Positions 29,301 through 37,445 of a DNA stretch of 64,000 bases are shown one piece after another. Position 1 is the first letter of the stretch. Each line of letters starts with the position of its first letter. Source of the stretch: Kiritimatiellia bacterium. Its GTDB lineage: Bacteria > Verrucomicrobiota > Kiritimatiellia > RFP12 > UBA1067. A program made the position numbers and the translations under genes. The notes beneath the pieces are model-generated. The model saw only the letters and a program-made list of their open reading frames with translations, was not told the DNA's origin and did no database searches. The stretch is from positions 56,889-120,888 of the forward strand of contig JAZSOG010000025.1 in NCBI GenBank assembly GCA_045536845.1, in the 5' to 3' direction.

Positions 29301-31277
29301 CTGAAGCGCAAGGTCGTGGACAACAAGCGTCTGTTCCGCAAGGACGACTATCACACGCTTGACGTCTACTACAAGCTGAAAGTCCAGCAGATTCACATCG
29401 TCGGCGAATTTGCCAACATGATGGTACGTGACCATGCCGCGGCGCTGAAGTTCGTTAACGACTACTTCCACATGGAGTACACCTCCTTCATCTCGAGGTA
29501 TTTCAGGGGGAGCAAGGCCAAGGCCATAGAGAGCAGCATAACTGCTTCAAAGAAAGCTGAGATCTTCGGCAAGCTTTCCGACACGCAGAGGCGAATCATC
29601 TCGGATGACAAGTCGGAAGTCATAGCGGTTGCCGCCGGGCCCGGCAGCGGAAAGACGCTCGTGCTTGTGCACAAATTGGCATCTCTTCTTCTTTTGGAGG
29701 ACGTAAAGCCGGAAGGGCTACTGATGCTGACGTTTTCGAGGGCGGCGGCCGTAGTGTTCAAAAAACGCCTGGTCAAGCTTATCGGGCAGACGGCGCATTT
29801 TGTCGACATAAAGACATTCCATTCGTATTGCTTTGACCTTGTCGGCAAGGTGGGAAGCCTCGACTACAGCGACATCGTCGTCAAAACTGCCGCGACGATG
29901 ATTGAAAACGGGGAGGTCGAGCAGAGCCGCATTTCGAAGAGTGTACTCGTCATCGACGAGGCGCAGGACATGGACTATGACTCTGCGCGACTCGTGCATG
30001 CGCTGAGGGTTGCAAACGAGAGCATGCGTGTGATAGCCGTCGGAGACGACGACCAGAACATCTTCGGGTTCCGCGGGTCCGATTCGCGGTATCTGCGCGC
30101 TCTTTCCGAGGAGCCTTGCGCAAGACTTTACGAGATGGTCGAGAACTTCCGCAGCGCGGCGATGATTATCTCGTTCGCGAACGCCTTTGCCGATACGATG
30201 CCGGAGCGCATGAAGTCCGCGCCCCTTCAGCCGTCTGCCGGTGCGGAAGAAGGGAGTGTGCGCCTTGTGAGACATTCGTCCGCGAATTTCGAATCTCTTG
30301 TCGTGGAAGACTGGGAGCGCGAGAACAGGCCTGGCTCGTCGTGCATAATGACATGGACGAATGATGAAGCGCTCCGGGTTTTTAGCTGTCTTGTGCAAAA
30401 GGGTGTCAAGGCAAGGCTGATTCAGTCCAACGACGGATTTAATCTTGCCAACCTTGCCGAGTTGCGCTATTTCAGACGGCTTGTCATGAAGCAGCAAGAA
30501 GTCAGTGTGATTTCCGCTAATTTGTGGAACGAGGCACGTGAACGACTCTGCAAGACATATGCCGCGAGCGACTGCCTGGCGGACTGTCTTGCGCTCATCG
30601 ACGCATTTTCCGAGACTGCGCGTGTAAAGTACAAAAGTGATTTCGACGAGTTTCTGTCCGAGTCGAAGATCGAGGATTTTGGCCGTGCAGAGAAGGGTGA
30701 GGTGGTCGTTTCCACGATTCACAAGTCCAAGGGGAGAGAGTTTGATTCGGTGTATGTCGTGCTGAATGATGTAGGTCAACTAACGGATGAAAGGCGTCGC
30801 GCCATATATGTTGGCATCACCAGGGCGAAGAAGCTGTTGAGGGTGCATTATTCAGATGAAGGACTGTTCTCGGATGTTGAAGCGGAAGGCATAGAGAGGG
30901 TTACTGATCGTCGAGTTGCAAAGCCGCTGGACAATGTAATAGTACAGCTTTCGCATAAGGATATTGTGCTCGATTTCTTTTTGGACAAAAAGGCAGCTAT
31001 TTGCGAACTCAGGTCTGGCGATGCCCTTGAAATTGACGGGACGCACCTTTCTGCTACCATCGGTGGACGGCGCATGTGGGTCGCGAAGTTCTCGCAGTCG
31101 TTTCTCCAGCATCTGGCCGAGCTTGAAGACAAGGGTTACAGACCGCGCTTTGCCAAAGTGAGATATGTTGTGGCTTGGAAGAAGGAAGATGATGAGCGGG
31201 AGACTGCGGTGATTCTACCTGATCTGTACCTTGCTCTTGTGGGTGCAAAAGAGTTCAAAAGGGTCAAAGCTTATTGA
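26394..31277 (+). CDS. DEDD exonuclease-like + RecQ (SF2) + UvrD-like (SF1) helicase fusion
   Basis: FVDLE/GHNI/DTL; TGGGKS, DEAH, QEAGRAGR; AGPGSGKT, DEAQD, GDDDQ, STIHKSKGREFD. Confidence 0.9.
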   Translation: MSPGGTANRSIAFVDLEVGVQDRRIHDVGAARGDGAVFHASDVRGLLPFLDGVSTICGHNIVHHDMRFLEPHLGARKFSLVDTLYWSPILFPERPYHALLKDDKLQRDELNNPLSDAKKAMSLYGDEVAAFRELGAVRRGIYLALLGSVPEFSGFLGLHATDSRLAVPVEVAIAAEFRGKICQHANIGGLVRRYPVELAYALALIGTSSIESITPPWVCKNYPKVENVINYLCNTPCQEGCPYCRERLDVRKALKRMFGFDAFRTYAGEPLQEKAARAAVDGKSLIAVFPTGGGKSITFQLPALMAGENSHGLTVVISPLQSLMKDQVDNLDAKGLTGAVTVNGLLNPIERAEAFRRVADGSASLLYISPEQLRSKTVESILLGRNVVRFVIDEAHCFSAWGHDFRVDYLYIGDFLRKFQESKNLPKPIPVSCFTATAKQKVISDIRDYFRGKTGIELEVFASTATRENLHYEVLHKETDGDKYAALRLLIEQKDCPTIVYVSRTKRTHELAQKLTDDGFPALPYNGKMEPDQKIENQDAFIRNDVKVIVATSAFGMGVDKKDVRLVVHYDISDSLENYVQEAGRAGRDPSLQAECYVLFCDDDLDKHFLMLNQTKLSLSDIQMIWRAIKRMSPTGRQFCTSALELARAAGWNDSVADIETRVRTAVSALEEAGYVERGQNMPRVYATGILAASMAEAASRIDSSARLDDAQKEMAKCVMKSLISARSVSKAGNGDAESRIDYIADILGLDRKDVVGVIDAMRQDGLLADTQDMSATIFRDDTARKSTNVIERFAKAESVLLSRISKNDADLDLNLKELNDEMSGGAGNSNGVKNMRTVMRFWSAKGWVKKVERPNSDYVRIIPTMSVEQLRDRFDRRLEMARFAVDSLFRKALLAQKAEGEQGEPRGDGCTVEFSLVGMLKDFNSAPKLDFGGRPASLSEMSDALLYLSRIGAMKLEGGFLVVYNGMCLKRKVVDNKRLFRKDDYHTLDVYYKLKVQQIHIVGEFANMMVRDHAAALKFVNDYFHMEYTSFISRYFRGSKAKAIESSITASKKAEIFGKLSDTQRRIISDDKSEVIAVAAGPGSGKTLVLVHKLASLLLLEDVKPEGLLMLTFSRAAAVVFKKRLVKLIGQTAHFVDIKTFHSYCFDLVGKVGSLDYSDIVVKTAATMIENGEVEQSRISKSVLVIDEAQDMDYDSARLVHALRVANESMRVIAVGDDDQNIFGFRGSDSRYLRALSEEPCARLYEMVENFRSAAMIISFANAFADTMPERMKSAPLQPSAGAEEGSVRLVRHSSANFESLVVEDWERENRPGSSCIMTWTNDEALRVFSCLVQKGVKARLIQSNDGFNLANLAELRYFRRLVMKQQEVSVISANLWNEARERLCKTYAASDCLADCLALIDAFSETARVKYKSDFDEFLSESKIEDFGRAEKGEVVVSTIHKSKGREFDSVYVVLNDVGQLTDERRRAIYVGITRAKKLLRVHYSDEGLFSDVEAEGIERVTDRRVAKPLDNVIVQLSHKDIVLDFFLDKKAAICELRSGDALEIDGTHLSATIGGRRMWVAKFSQSFLQHLAELEDKGYRPRFAKVRYVVAWKKEDDERETAVILPDLYLALVGAKEFKRVKAY

Positions 31278-31317
31278 TACAGCTTGATTGATACAGTAGC
31301 AATCATATGCGGATGTC

Positions 31318-31467
31318 ATGGGACTTGTGAAGACGAGAAGATTGGCGGCGATGCAGAAGCAGCAGCGGGCAAAAGCCGTGATGAAACCGCCGATGAAGGG
31401 CGGTGCCGGGAAGGGCGTTCCGCGACAGTTTGCGACAGCGCCTAAAGCGCCTCTAAAAGCATTTTAG
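31318..31467 (+). CDS. 49 aa basic small ORF (empty-site paralog of 24446)
   Basis: MGLVKTRRLAAMQKQQRAKAVMKPPMKG...; homologous to the interrupted copy. Confidence 0.45.
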   Translation: MGLVKTRRLAAMQKQQRAKAVMKPPMKGGAGKGVPRQFATAPKAPLKAF

Positions 31468-31567
31468 AAACCCCGCGGCAGATTTGCCGCGCGCTACAGC
31501 TGCCGATATTCCGCGCTTGAGTGGCCTGCTGGTGTTTGGTATAATGGTTGGCAAAGAGGGTGGCGAT

Positions 31568-32371
31568 ATGAGTATAAAATTGACTGTAGTGCTTTTTGCC
31601 GCGCTTGCCTTTGCGTTGGACGCGAATGCAATAATTGGTACTGGCAGCGTTAGTGGTCGTGTGCGAGGGCATAAGTCGGACAAGACTCTCGTTGGTGAGG
31701 GTGGCGCTTCCGAGTTGAAGGCAAAAAATGCCGCGGAGAAGCAGGCCCGAGCGAAAGCAAAAGAGATAACCATAGAGAAACTTGAATTCCCGAAGGGAGC
31801 CAAGCACAGCAGTTTGCCCATTGATGTGTCATCACGGATTGATTCGCTTTGTGGCTACGAAATTGGTTCGATAGCAAAGGTCTCGCGACATCCGCAGTTG
31901 GACAAGGATGGGAACATCGTAGTAACGGAGAAGCTCAAGACTCCTTTCCGCAAGTGCACACAGGTCGAGTTAAAGTATTCCAAGGTTAACCACGCGCTGT
32001 ATTACATTCGTGTGTTTGCTCCTGCCCAGAAGAAGGTGGCCGATGAAGCTGCATTGTCTGAGGTTGAAGCGATGAGCGGTGCGCTCAAGACGAAGTTTGA
32101 CAAGAAGATTAGCGGATTTACGAAATTGGACCTGCCTTCCTCGAAGTCGTGCCGTGCGAGTATGCAGGCTTATTCCTTCCAGACGCTTGAAGTTCATGGC
32201 TATAAGGACAACATCGAAAAGCGAGGCGTACTCAAGGGCACGGCAGACGCGCGGCCGGAGCTTGGTTGGGCGTTCTCGGTTATTTTGACGGATAGTGCCA
32301 TGCAGAACTTCGTGCCTGAGACATCTGCGCCCGCCAATGATGTTTCTCAAAAAGACGTAGATGCATTGTAG
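31568..32371 (+). CDS. Secreted hypothetical protein
   Basis: TGGTATAAT, RBS, signal peptide MSIKLTVVLFAALAFALDANA. Confidence 0.7.
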   Translation: MSIKLTVVLFAALAFALDANAIIGTGSVSGRVRGHKSDKTLVGEGGASELKAKNAAEKQARAKAKEITIEKLEFPKGAKHSSLPIDVSSRIDSLCGYEIGSIAKVSRHPQLDKDGNIVVTEKLKTPFRKCTQVELKYSKVNHALYYIRVFAPAQKKVADEAALSEVEAMSGALKTKFDKKISGFTKLDLPSSKSCRASMQAYSFQTLEVHGYKDNIEKRGVLKGTADARPELGWAFSVILTDSAMQNFVPETSAPANDVSQKDVDAL

Positions 32372-32438
32372 AGGTGCTATGATGCTTGCCTCTTGGCAAT
32401 CGAGAAATATCCAAATGAATGAGAAAGGAGAAAGGTCG

Positions 32439-32795
32439 ATGATGAAGAGTATAGTAGCTTGTTTGGGACTGATGATGTTGAGCGGTTGTATTACCGCCAA
32501 CTATCTTGTCTCGCCAAGGGCGGAGCCGCAGGTGGGCGAAAGATATCGGGTGTGTCTAAGGACTTTGAAAGTGGTTCAAGTGTGCAATGATTCAGTATAT
32601 GCGATGCATGAGTCATATGAAGGATTAAGAATCCGCGTTGTTCCATTGGTGAATGACTATGTGACCGGCAGCTACCTTAGGTCCGGCCTATATGAGTATG
32701 TAGGTCCATACACTTATGAGAAAATCAAAGATTTAGCCGGAAATTCAAATACCCATACTGTCCGTCTGTTCAAGGAAGTGAACGAAGAGAAATAA
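32439..32795 (+). CDS. Hypothetical lipoprotein
   Basis: RBS AAGGAG; lipobox LSGC. Confidence 0.7.
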   Translation: MMKSIVACLGLMMLSGCITANYLVSPRAEPQVGERYRVCLRTLKVVQVCNDSVYAMHESYEGLRIRVVPLVNDYVTGSYLRSGLYEYVGPYTYEKIKDLAGNSNTHTVRLFKEVNEEK

Positions 32796-32895
32796 AAGTG
32801 GGACGACGGGGGCTAACACCTCTGACATAGCAGCGTCGCGGCGGATTTGCCGCGGCGTTTGGTACAATCTGGGCATCTTAAAGGAGCGAGCTTAG

Positions 32896-33684
32896 ATGAA
32901 TGAAGTGATGGAATCGGCCAAGCCGTTATTCAGGATGCTGTGGGGCGCTCTCTTTCTCGTGATTGCGTTGAAGCTGTTCTTTTGGTGGTGGAACAGTCCG
33001 AAGCAGAAGGGCAAGCGAGGCGAGAAGCTGGTGGCGGGACGGCTGAGGAAAGGGTTGCCGGACGAGTACCGGATTCTGAACGACATCTACCTGCCGCTGC
33101 CGGACAGAACGACGACGCAGATCGACCACATCGTCGTTTCGCAGTACGGCGTTTTCGTCGTCGAGACGAAGACATACTCTGGCTGGATATTCGGCGACGA
33201 GAAGAGCAAGGAGTGGACTCAGTCCATCTACCGCAAGAAGAGCCGCTTCCAAAATCCGATGAGGCAGAACTACAAGCACATCTGCGCACTCGCGGACAAC
33301 CTCGGAATCGACAAGTCGTATTTTATCGGCGTCGTGGCTTTCACCGGAGACTGCACGTTCAAGACTGAGATGCCGCCTTGCGTGGTCTATTCTCGACACG
33401 CAGCCGACTACATTCGTTCGCACAACACGCCGATGATCGATCCGGGGCAGATAGACGAACTCACTTCCGCAATAGCCGAATGGCAGGGAACGCTGAGTGA
33501 GAAGCAGATCGACAGGCATGTTGCCAATCTGCAGAAGCGGCATTCTTCTGTGCGAGAAGGCGACGCCCCTTTGTGTCCGTACTGCGGCGGCGAGATGGTT
33601 CTTCGCAAGCGCAAAGGCGACGGCAAGTCGTTCTACGGCTGCAAGTCATATCCTAGGTGCCGCGGAATCGTCAATGTGGAGTGA
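32896..33684 (+). CDS. NERD nuclease domain protein with topoisomerase-type C4 zinc finger
   Basis: TM, GKRGE, QIDHIVV..GVFVVETK, CPYCGGEM...FYGCKSYPRC. Confidence 0.9.
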   Translation: MNEVMESAKPLFRMLWGALFLVIALKLFFWWWNSPKQKGKRGEKLVAGRLRKGLPDEYRILNDIYLPLPDRTTTQIDHIVVSQYGVFVVETKTYSGWIFGDEKSKEWTQSIYRKKSRFQNPMRQNYKHICALADNLGIDKSYFIGVVAFTGDCTFKTEMPPCVVYSRHAADYIRSHNTPMIDPGQIDELTSAIAEWQGTLSEKQIDRHVANLQKRHSSVREGDAPLCPYCGGEMVLRKRKGDGKSFYGCKSYPRCRGIVNVE

Positions 33685-33708
33685 TTGTGGATAGCCCACG
33701 ATAGGCCC

Positions 33709-33740
33709 GTTTCGTGTATTTCGTGTATTTCGTTGTTAAT
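33709..33740. repeat. Triple 9-mer repeat (TTTCGTGTA)
   Basis: tttcgtgta tttcgtgta tttcgttgttaa. Confidence 0.8.
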
Positions 33741-34263
33741 CCGCTGCGCCGGATTTGCAGGAGAACTCCCACTTGCAGCCGCAGGTGGCGTCGGTTATGT
33801 CTGGGTAGCAGCTGAGGCAGCGGCATTCGATCCGGTCGTCGATGGTCTTGGCGAAGCCGCTGTGCTCGATTTCGCCGACACTCTTGCAGGGATGCCATGG
33901 CATGCCCTTGCGCTCGCGCGCCTCCTGCACGCGGCATTTCTTCATCGTGTATACGAGCTTCCCGGACACATATTCGCAGGTCGCTTCGTTTATGTTGGCG
34001 TAGAACCGGAGGGAAAGGGCGCGTTCAAGCCCTTTGAGCCCCGGATGGTCGCCGAGCCCGAGGAAAGACTTTATCCTCTTCGCCTCTATCACTGTGAAGC
34101 GCTCCCACGCCCTTGCATCATGGAACATCGCCGCGTCCATGCCTTCGGCCTGCTCGACCGACTGGAACCAGACGCCGTCCATGGCCAGCCAGTTTTTGGA
34201 ATAGTCCTCTATTAGCTTTATCAGATCGCCTTTGGAATACTTCTCAAGAGCTTTGTTTGACAT
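33736..34263 (-). CDS. DUF6125-like Cys-containing protein
   Basis: NWLAMDGVWF, CRVQEAR, HPCK; TGGTATAAT ends 6 nt before ATG; family call from memory. Confidence 0.65.
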   Translation of the reverse strand: MSNKALEKYSKGDLIKLIEDYSKNWLAMDGVWFQSVEQAEGMDAAMFHDARAWERFTVIEAKRIKSFLGLGDHPGLKGLERALSLRFYANINEATCEYVSGKLVYTMKKCRVQEARERKGMPWHPCKSVGEIEHSGFAKTIDDRIECRCLSCYPDITDATCGCKWEFSCKSGAAD

Positions 34264-34420
34264 GTCAGAATTATACCAAATACTAGCCGTTGGGTGGCGG
34301 CGTCATCCGCATATCCCCCGACCGAAGGTCGTCCGCAAGGCGGATGCGCTAGCAGGGGTGCGGATTTGACGCGGTTGAGGTTCAGGGCGGCATTTGGTAC
34401 AATCTGCGTAGGAGAAATGC

Positions 34421-34978
34421 ATGGGGTTTGTGAAGATTAGACAGCGGAAACCGATTGGGAGGATTTGGCCTCCCTTGTTGTTGATTTGCCCGTTTCTGTT
34501 AGTGGCCGTTGTCTTTACGCTGGTGGATAGCTGCAGTGTGCGTGAGAGAGCGGCGGCATTGGAAAGAGCAGTCGACGATTGCGAAGTCGGTGGCGACGAA
34601 CATGAGCTGCTGGTCACCGGATACTGCAACTGCGGGAAGTGTTGCGGCTGGCGCAAGAAGTGGTTCTTCTTCGGCGAGCCGGTCTATAACTACGGCAAGA
34701 TGAAAGGCAAGCCCAAGAAGGTCGGCGTCACGGCTTCAGGTACGGTCGCGGCGAAGGGGACGATTGCCGCCGATCCGGCGGTCTATCCCTTTGGAACAAA
34801 AATCGAGATTCCCGGATATGGCTCGGGAATCGTCCAGGACGTCGGAGGATCGATCAAGGGCGCCCACATCGATATATGGTTTCCGTCCCATATGGAAGCT
34901 TTGGCCTGGGGCGCCCGCAAGCTCAAGGTTAAAGTTGAGAATTCAAAAGAGAATTCAAAAGGGGCGGACTCACGATAG
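34421..34978 (+). CDS. 3D-domain (MltA/RlpA-like) cell-wall protein
   Basis: VTGYC, TASG, IAAD, QDVGGSIKGAHIDIW. Confidence 0.88.
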   Translation: MGFVKIRQRKPIGRIWPPLLLICPFLLVAVVFTLVDSCSVRERAAALERAVDDCEVGGDEHELLVTGYCNCGKCCGWRKKWFFFGEPVYNYGKMKGKPKKVGVTASGTVAAKGTIAADPAVYPFGTKIEIPGYGSGIVQDVGGSIKGAHIDIWFPSHMEALAWGARKLKVKVENSKENSKGADSR

Positions 34979-35125
34979 GGGTCAGGAGTCAGTAGTCAGG
35001 GGTCAGGAGTCAGTAGTCAGGGGTCAGGAGTCAGTAGTCAGGGGTCAGGAGTCAGTAGTCAGGAGTTAGGGGTCAGGGGTCAGGAGTTAGGAGTCAGGGG
35101 TCAGTGAGTTGGAGTTGGAGAGTGG
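34977..35125. repeat. Heptamer tract (21 bp super-repeat AGGGGTC-AGGAGTC-AGTAGTC) plus GAGTTG hexamers
   Basis: Directly visible; starts in the TAG stop of the 3D gene. Confidence 0.95.
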
Positions 35126-35179
35126 CGGGATATACCTTTGGATATTTTGCGATCGGCGCGGGTTTGATATAATCCCACC

Positions 35180-36400
35180 ATGAAAACGACCATTCCCCTT
35201 GCAGTTCTTTCAGCGGCGCTCGGCGCCGGTTGTACGACTTCGCGCATGGCCGAGCCCCCGGGCTACGTGACGGCAGTAGGCAAGACGCTCTACGACCGGG
35301 CCGATGGCGGACGTCCGATCGTGCTGCGCGGCGTCAACGCGGGCGGCTGGCTCGTGACCGAGAACTGGATGTGTCCGAACAAGGTCGCCGGCACCCAGAC
35401 CGAGACGTATGAAAGCTTCACCGCGCGTTTCGGAAATGAGAAGGCGGACGAGCTCTATCGCATCTACCGCAAGGGCTGGTGGACCGAGCAGGACTTCCGC
35501 AACTTCGCAGGACTCGGCCTCAACGCGATTCGCCTGCCGTTCGGCTGGCGCGACCTCATCACCGAGGAAGGCGAGATCCTCCCGCAGGGGTTTGCGCTCC
35601 TCGACTGGTTCGTCGACGGCGCCGCGCGCGAGGGCATCTACACGATCCTCGACCTCCACGCCGCCCCGGGCAGCCAGAACGGACGCGACCACTCCGGCGA
35701 GACGCGCTTCGCGAAGACCTTCCACGACGAGAAGTGGCTAGACCTCTCCTGCAAGCTCTGGACTGCTGTCGCGACGCACTATCGGGACAACCGCTGGGTC
35801 GCGGCGTACGGACTCGCCAACGAGCCCGAGGGCCAGCCGAAGGGCCTCACCACCGCCCCGAACGTGGAGAAGGGGCTTGATGCCCTCTACCGCGCCGTGC
35901 GCGCCGTCGACTCGCAGCACCTTGTCATGGTCGGCGCGTGCTGGGATCCGTGCCACCTGCCGCCGCCGTCGAAGTACGGCTGGAAGAACGTCGCCTACGA
36001 GTATCACTTCTACGCCTGGGGGCAGGAGAAGGACCCCAAGGGCATCATTGACAATCTCCGCATGCACCGCGACCGCGAGCGCGAGACGGGCCACGGCGTG
36101 CCGGTCTATGTGGGCGAGTGCACCTTCTTCGCGAACGAGGCGTGGAAGGACTGCCTGCAGCTCATGGAGGACGAAGGGTGGAGCTGGACGCTCTGGACCG
36201 GCAAGAACATGCAGGGCAACGGCAACTGGGGGCTTTGGAACTATCGGGCACACTCCCCCGATGTCGATGCGCTTGCGTCCGACGACTACGAGACGGTCAA
36301 GGCCAAGTGGGCGGCGCTTTCCGAGCCCGGCGCCTTCGTCGAAAATACCGCAATCACCTCGGTCATACGGCAGGTAGTCAAAGGGGTCAGGGGTCAGTAG
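35180..36400 (+). CDS. Glycoside hydrolase family 5 lipoprotein
   Basis: Lipobox GAGC; GVNAGGWL, LDLH, NEP acid/base, YVGE nucleophile. Confidence 0.9.
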   Translation: MKTTIPLAVLSAALGAGCTTSRMAEPPGYVTAVGKTLYDRADGGRPIVLRGVNAGGWLVTENWMCPNKVAGTQTETYESFTARFGNEKADELYRIYRKGWWTEQDFRNFAGLGLNAIRLPFGWRDLITEEGEILPQGFALLDWFVDGAAREGIYTILDLHAAPGSQNGRDHSGETRFAKTFHDEKWLDLSCKLWTAVATHYRDNRWVAAYGLANEPEGQPKGLTTAPNVEKGLDALYRAVRAVDSQHLVMVGACWDPCHLPPPSKYGWKNVAYEYHFYAWGQEKDPKGIIDNLRMHRDRERETGHGVPVYVGECTFFANEAWKDCLQLMEDEGWSWTLWTGKNMQGNGNWGLWNYRAHSPDVDALASDDYETVKAKWAALSEPGAFVENTAITSVIRQVVKGVRGQ

Positions 36401-36416
36401 TCAGTAGTCAGGGGTC

Positions 36417-36554
36417 GTAACCGCCCCTTGCGGGGGTTCGCGACCCATAGGGAGATGCGCCCGCGCCGAAGGCGTCGGGTTGGCCGAGGCCGCAGGCCGA
36501 GCCGCGAAGCGGTCGCAAGAGCCCGCGCGACCAAGCCGAGCGGAGCGAGTGCCG
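36417..36554 (+). mobile_element. Long (138 bp) multi-hairpin element inside a heptamer tract
   Basis: Same ends; removal restores AGGGGTC|AGTACGC. Confidence 0.8.
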
Positions 36555-36710
36555 AGTACGCAGTAGTTGGAGTTCAGAGTTGGAGTTGGAGAGCGGATTC
36601 AAAAGGGTTAGACTCCTCTGGCACAGTAAAGTGACACAGTGGAATCGTCGCGAGGTTGTTGCTTTTGGCGGGCGGTTTATGGTATCATTTGCTGCAAAGG
36701 AGGTCTGTCA

Positions 36711-36968
36711 ATGGCGAGTAAATGTAGGCATTGCGGCAGCTCGAGCTACGGCCACAGCTGCATCTACAGTCCAAACAAGATTCACGAGCATCGCGACGAC
36801 GAAAAGCACTGCGAGTGGTGCGGTAGCACAAGCTACGGCCATAGCTGCATATACTCGCCCAACAAGATACACCGCCACGGCCCCGGTGCGAACAAGTGCA
36901 TCTGGTGCGGCTCGACGGCGAACGGTGCAAGTTGCATCTATTCGCCGACGCACCGCCACGAAAAGTAA
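36711..36968 (+). CDS. 85 aa protein with three CxxC-x9-C-x7-H repeats
   Basis: RBS AAGGAGGT; three tandem repeats of C..CGS...G.SCIYSP...H. Confidence 0.8.
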   Translation: MASKCRHCGSSSYGHSCIYSPNKIHEHRDDEKHCEWCGSTSYGHSCIYSPNKIHRHGPGANKCIWCGSTANGASCIYSPTHRHEK

Positions 36969-36986
36969 AACGAAAGGAACTCTAAA

Positions 36987-37196
36987 ATGGCTAACATCAT
37001 CCTGAAGCGCATTATACCTTCTGCAATTGGTCTGCTGCTTGTCGTGCTTGCCGCGCTGTGGCTCTACGGCTTCATCGGCGTCAAGGCAGGCTGGATCGGC
37101 CCGACCGAAGTTCCCGGACTCAACGCCATTTCGCACAGCGGCGCAGATGCCGCGGGCGGTGTCACCGGCGCGGCAAAGGCTAAAGTCGGCCTTTGA
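36987..37196 (+). CDS. Small membrane protein
   Basis: RBS AAGGA; one TM segment. Confidence 0.6.
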   Translation: MANIILKRIIPSAIGLLLVVLAALWLYGFIGVKAGWIGPTEVPGLNAISHSGADAAGGVTGAAKAKVGL

Positions 37197-37218
37197 TTCA
37201 AGAGAACTTCTCAAGCGC

Positions 37219-37257
37219 CCAAATGAGATTTTAGGTCAGACCTAAAATCTCATTTGG
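37219..37257. repeat. Perfect 19 bp inverted repeat with 1 nt spacer
   Basis: CCAAATGAGATTTTAGGTC-A-GACCTAAAATCTCATTTGG. Confidence 0.9.
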
Positions 37258-37445
37258 ACATCGTGCGGCAGGTTTGAACTTGCCGCGAAGTGTAAGTTGC
37301 AGGCCGAATAAGAAACGAGGTGGGTATGTTTTTTCTTATTTGGACATATTTTAACAAATAAGATAAAGTGAATTTACTTGTTGTCATTGACTTGGCAATA
37401 ATAATATGATATCCTTTTACTTGTTTTGACTACGAGGAGGGTCTT

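Noticed and set aside
34764-35069. ORF ending in (RGQESVV)n, and the N-terminal extension of ORF 48974
   Set aside because: Translation of heptamer repeats; the gamma subunit more plausibly starts at ATG 49070.
34977-35125. CRISPR array in the repeat tracts or hairpin elements
   Set aside because: No unique spacers between constant 25-40 bp repeats, and no cas genes in the window.
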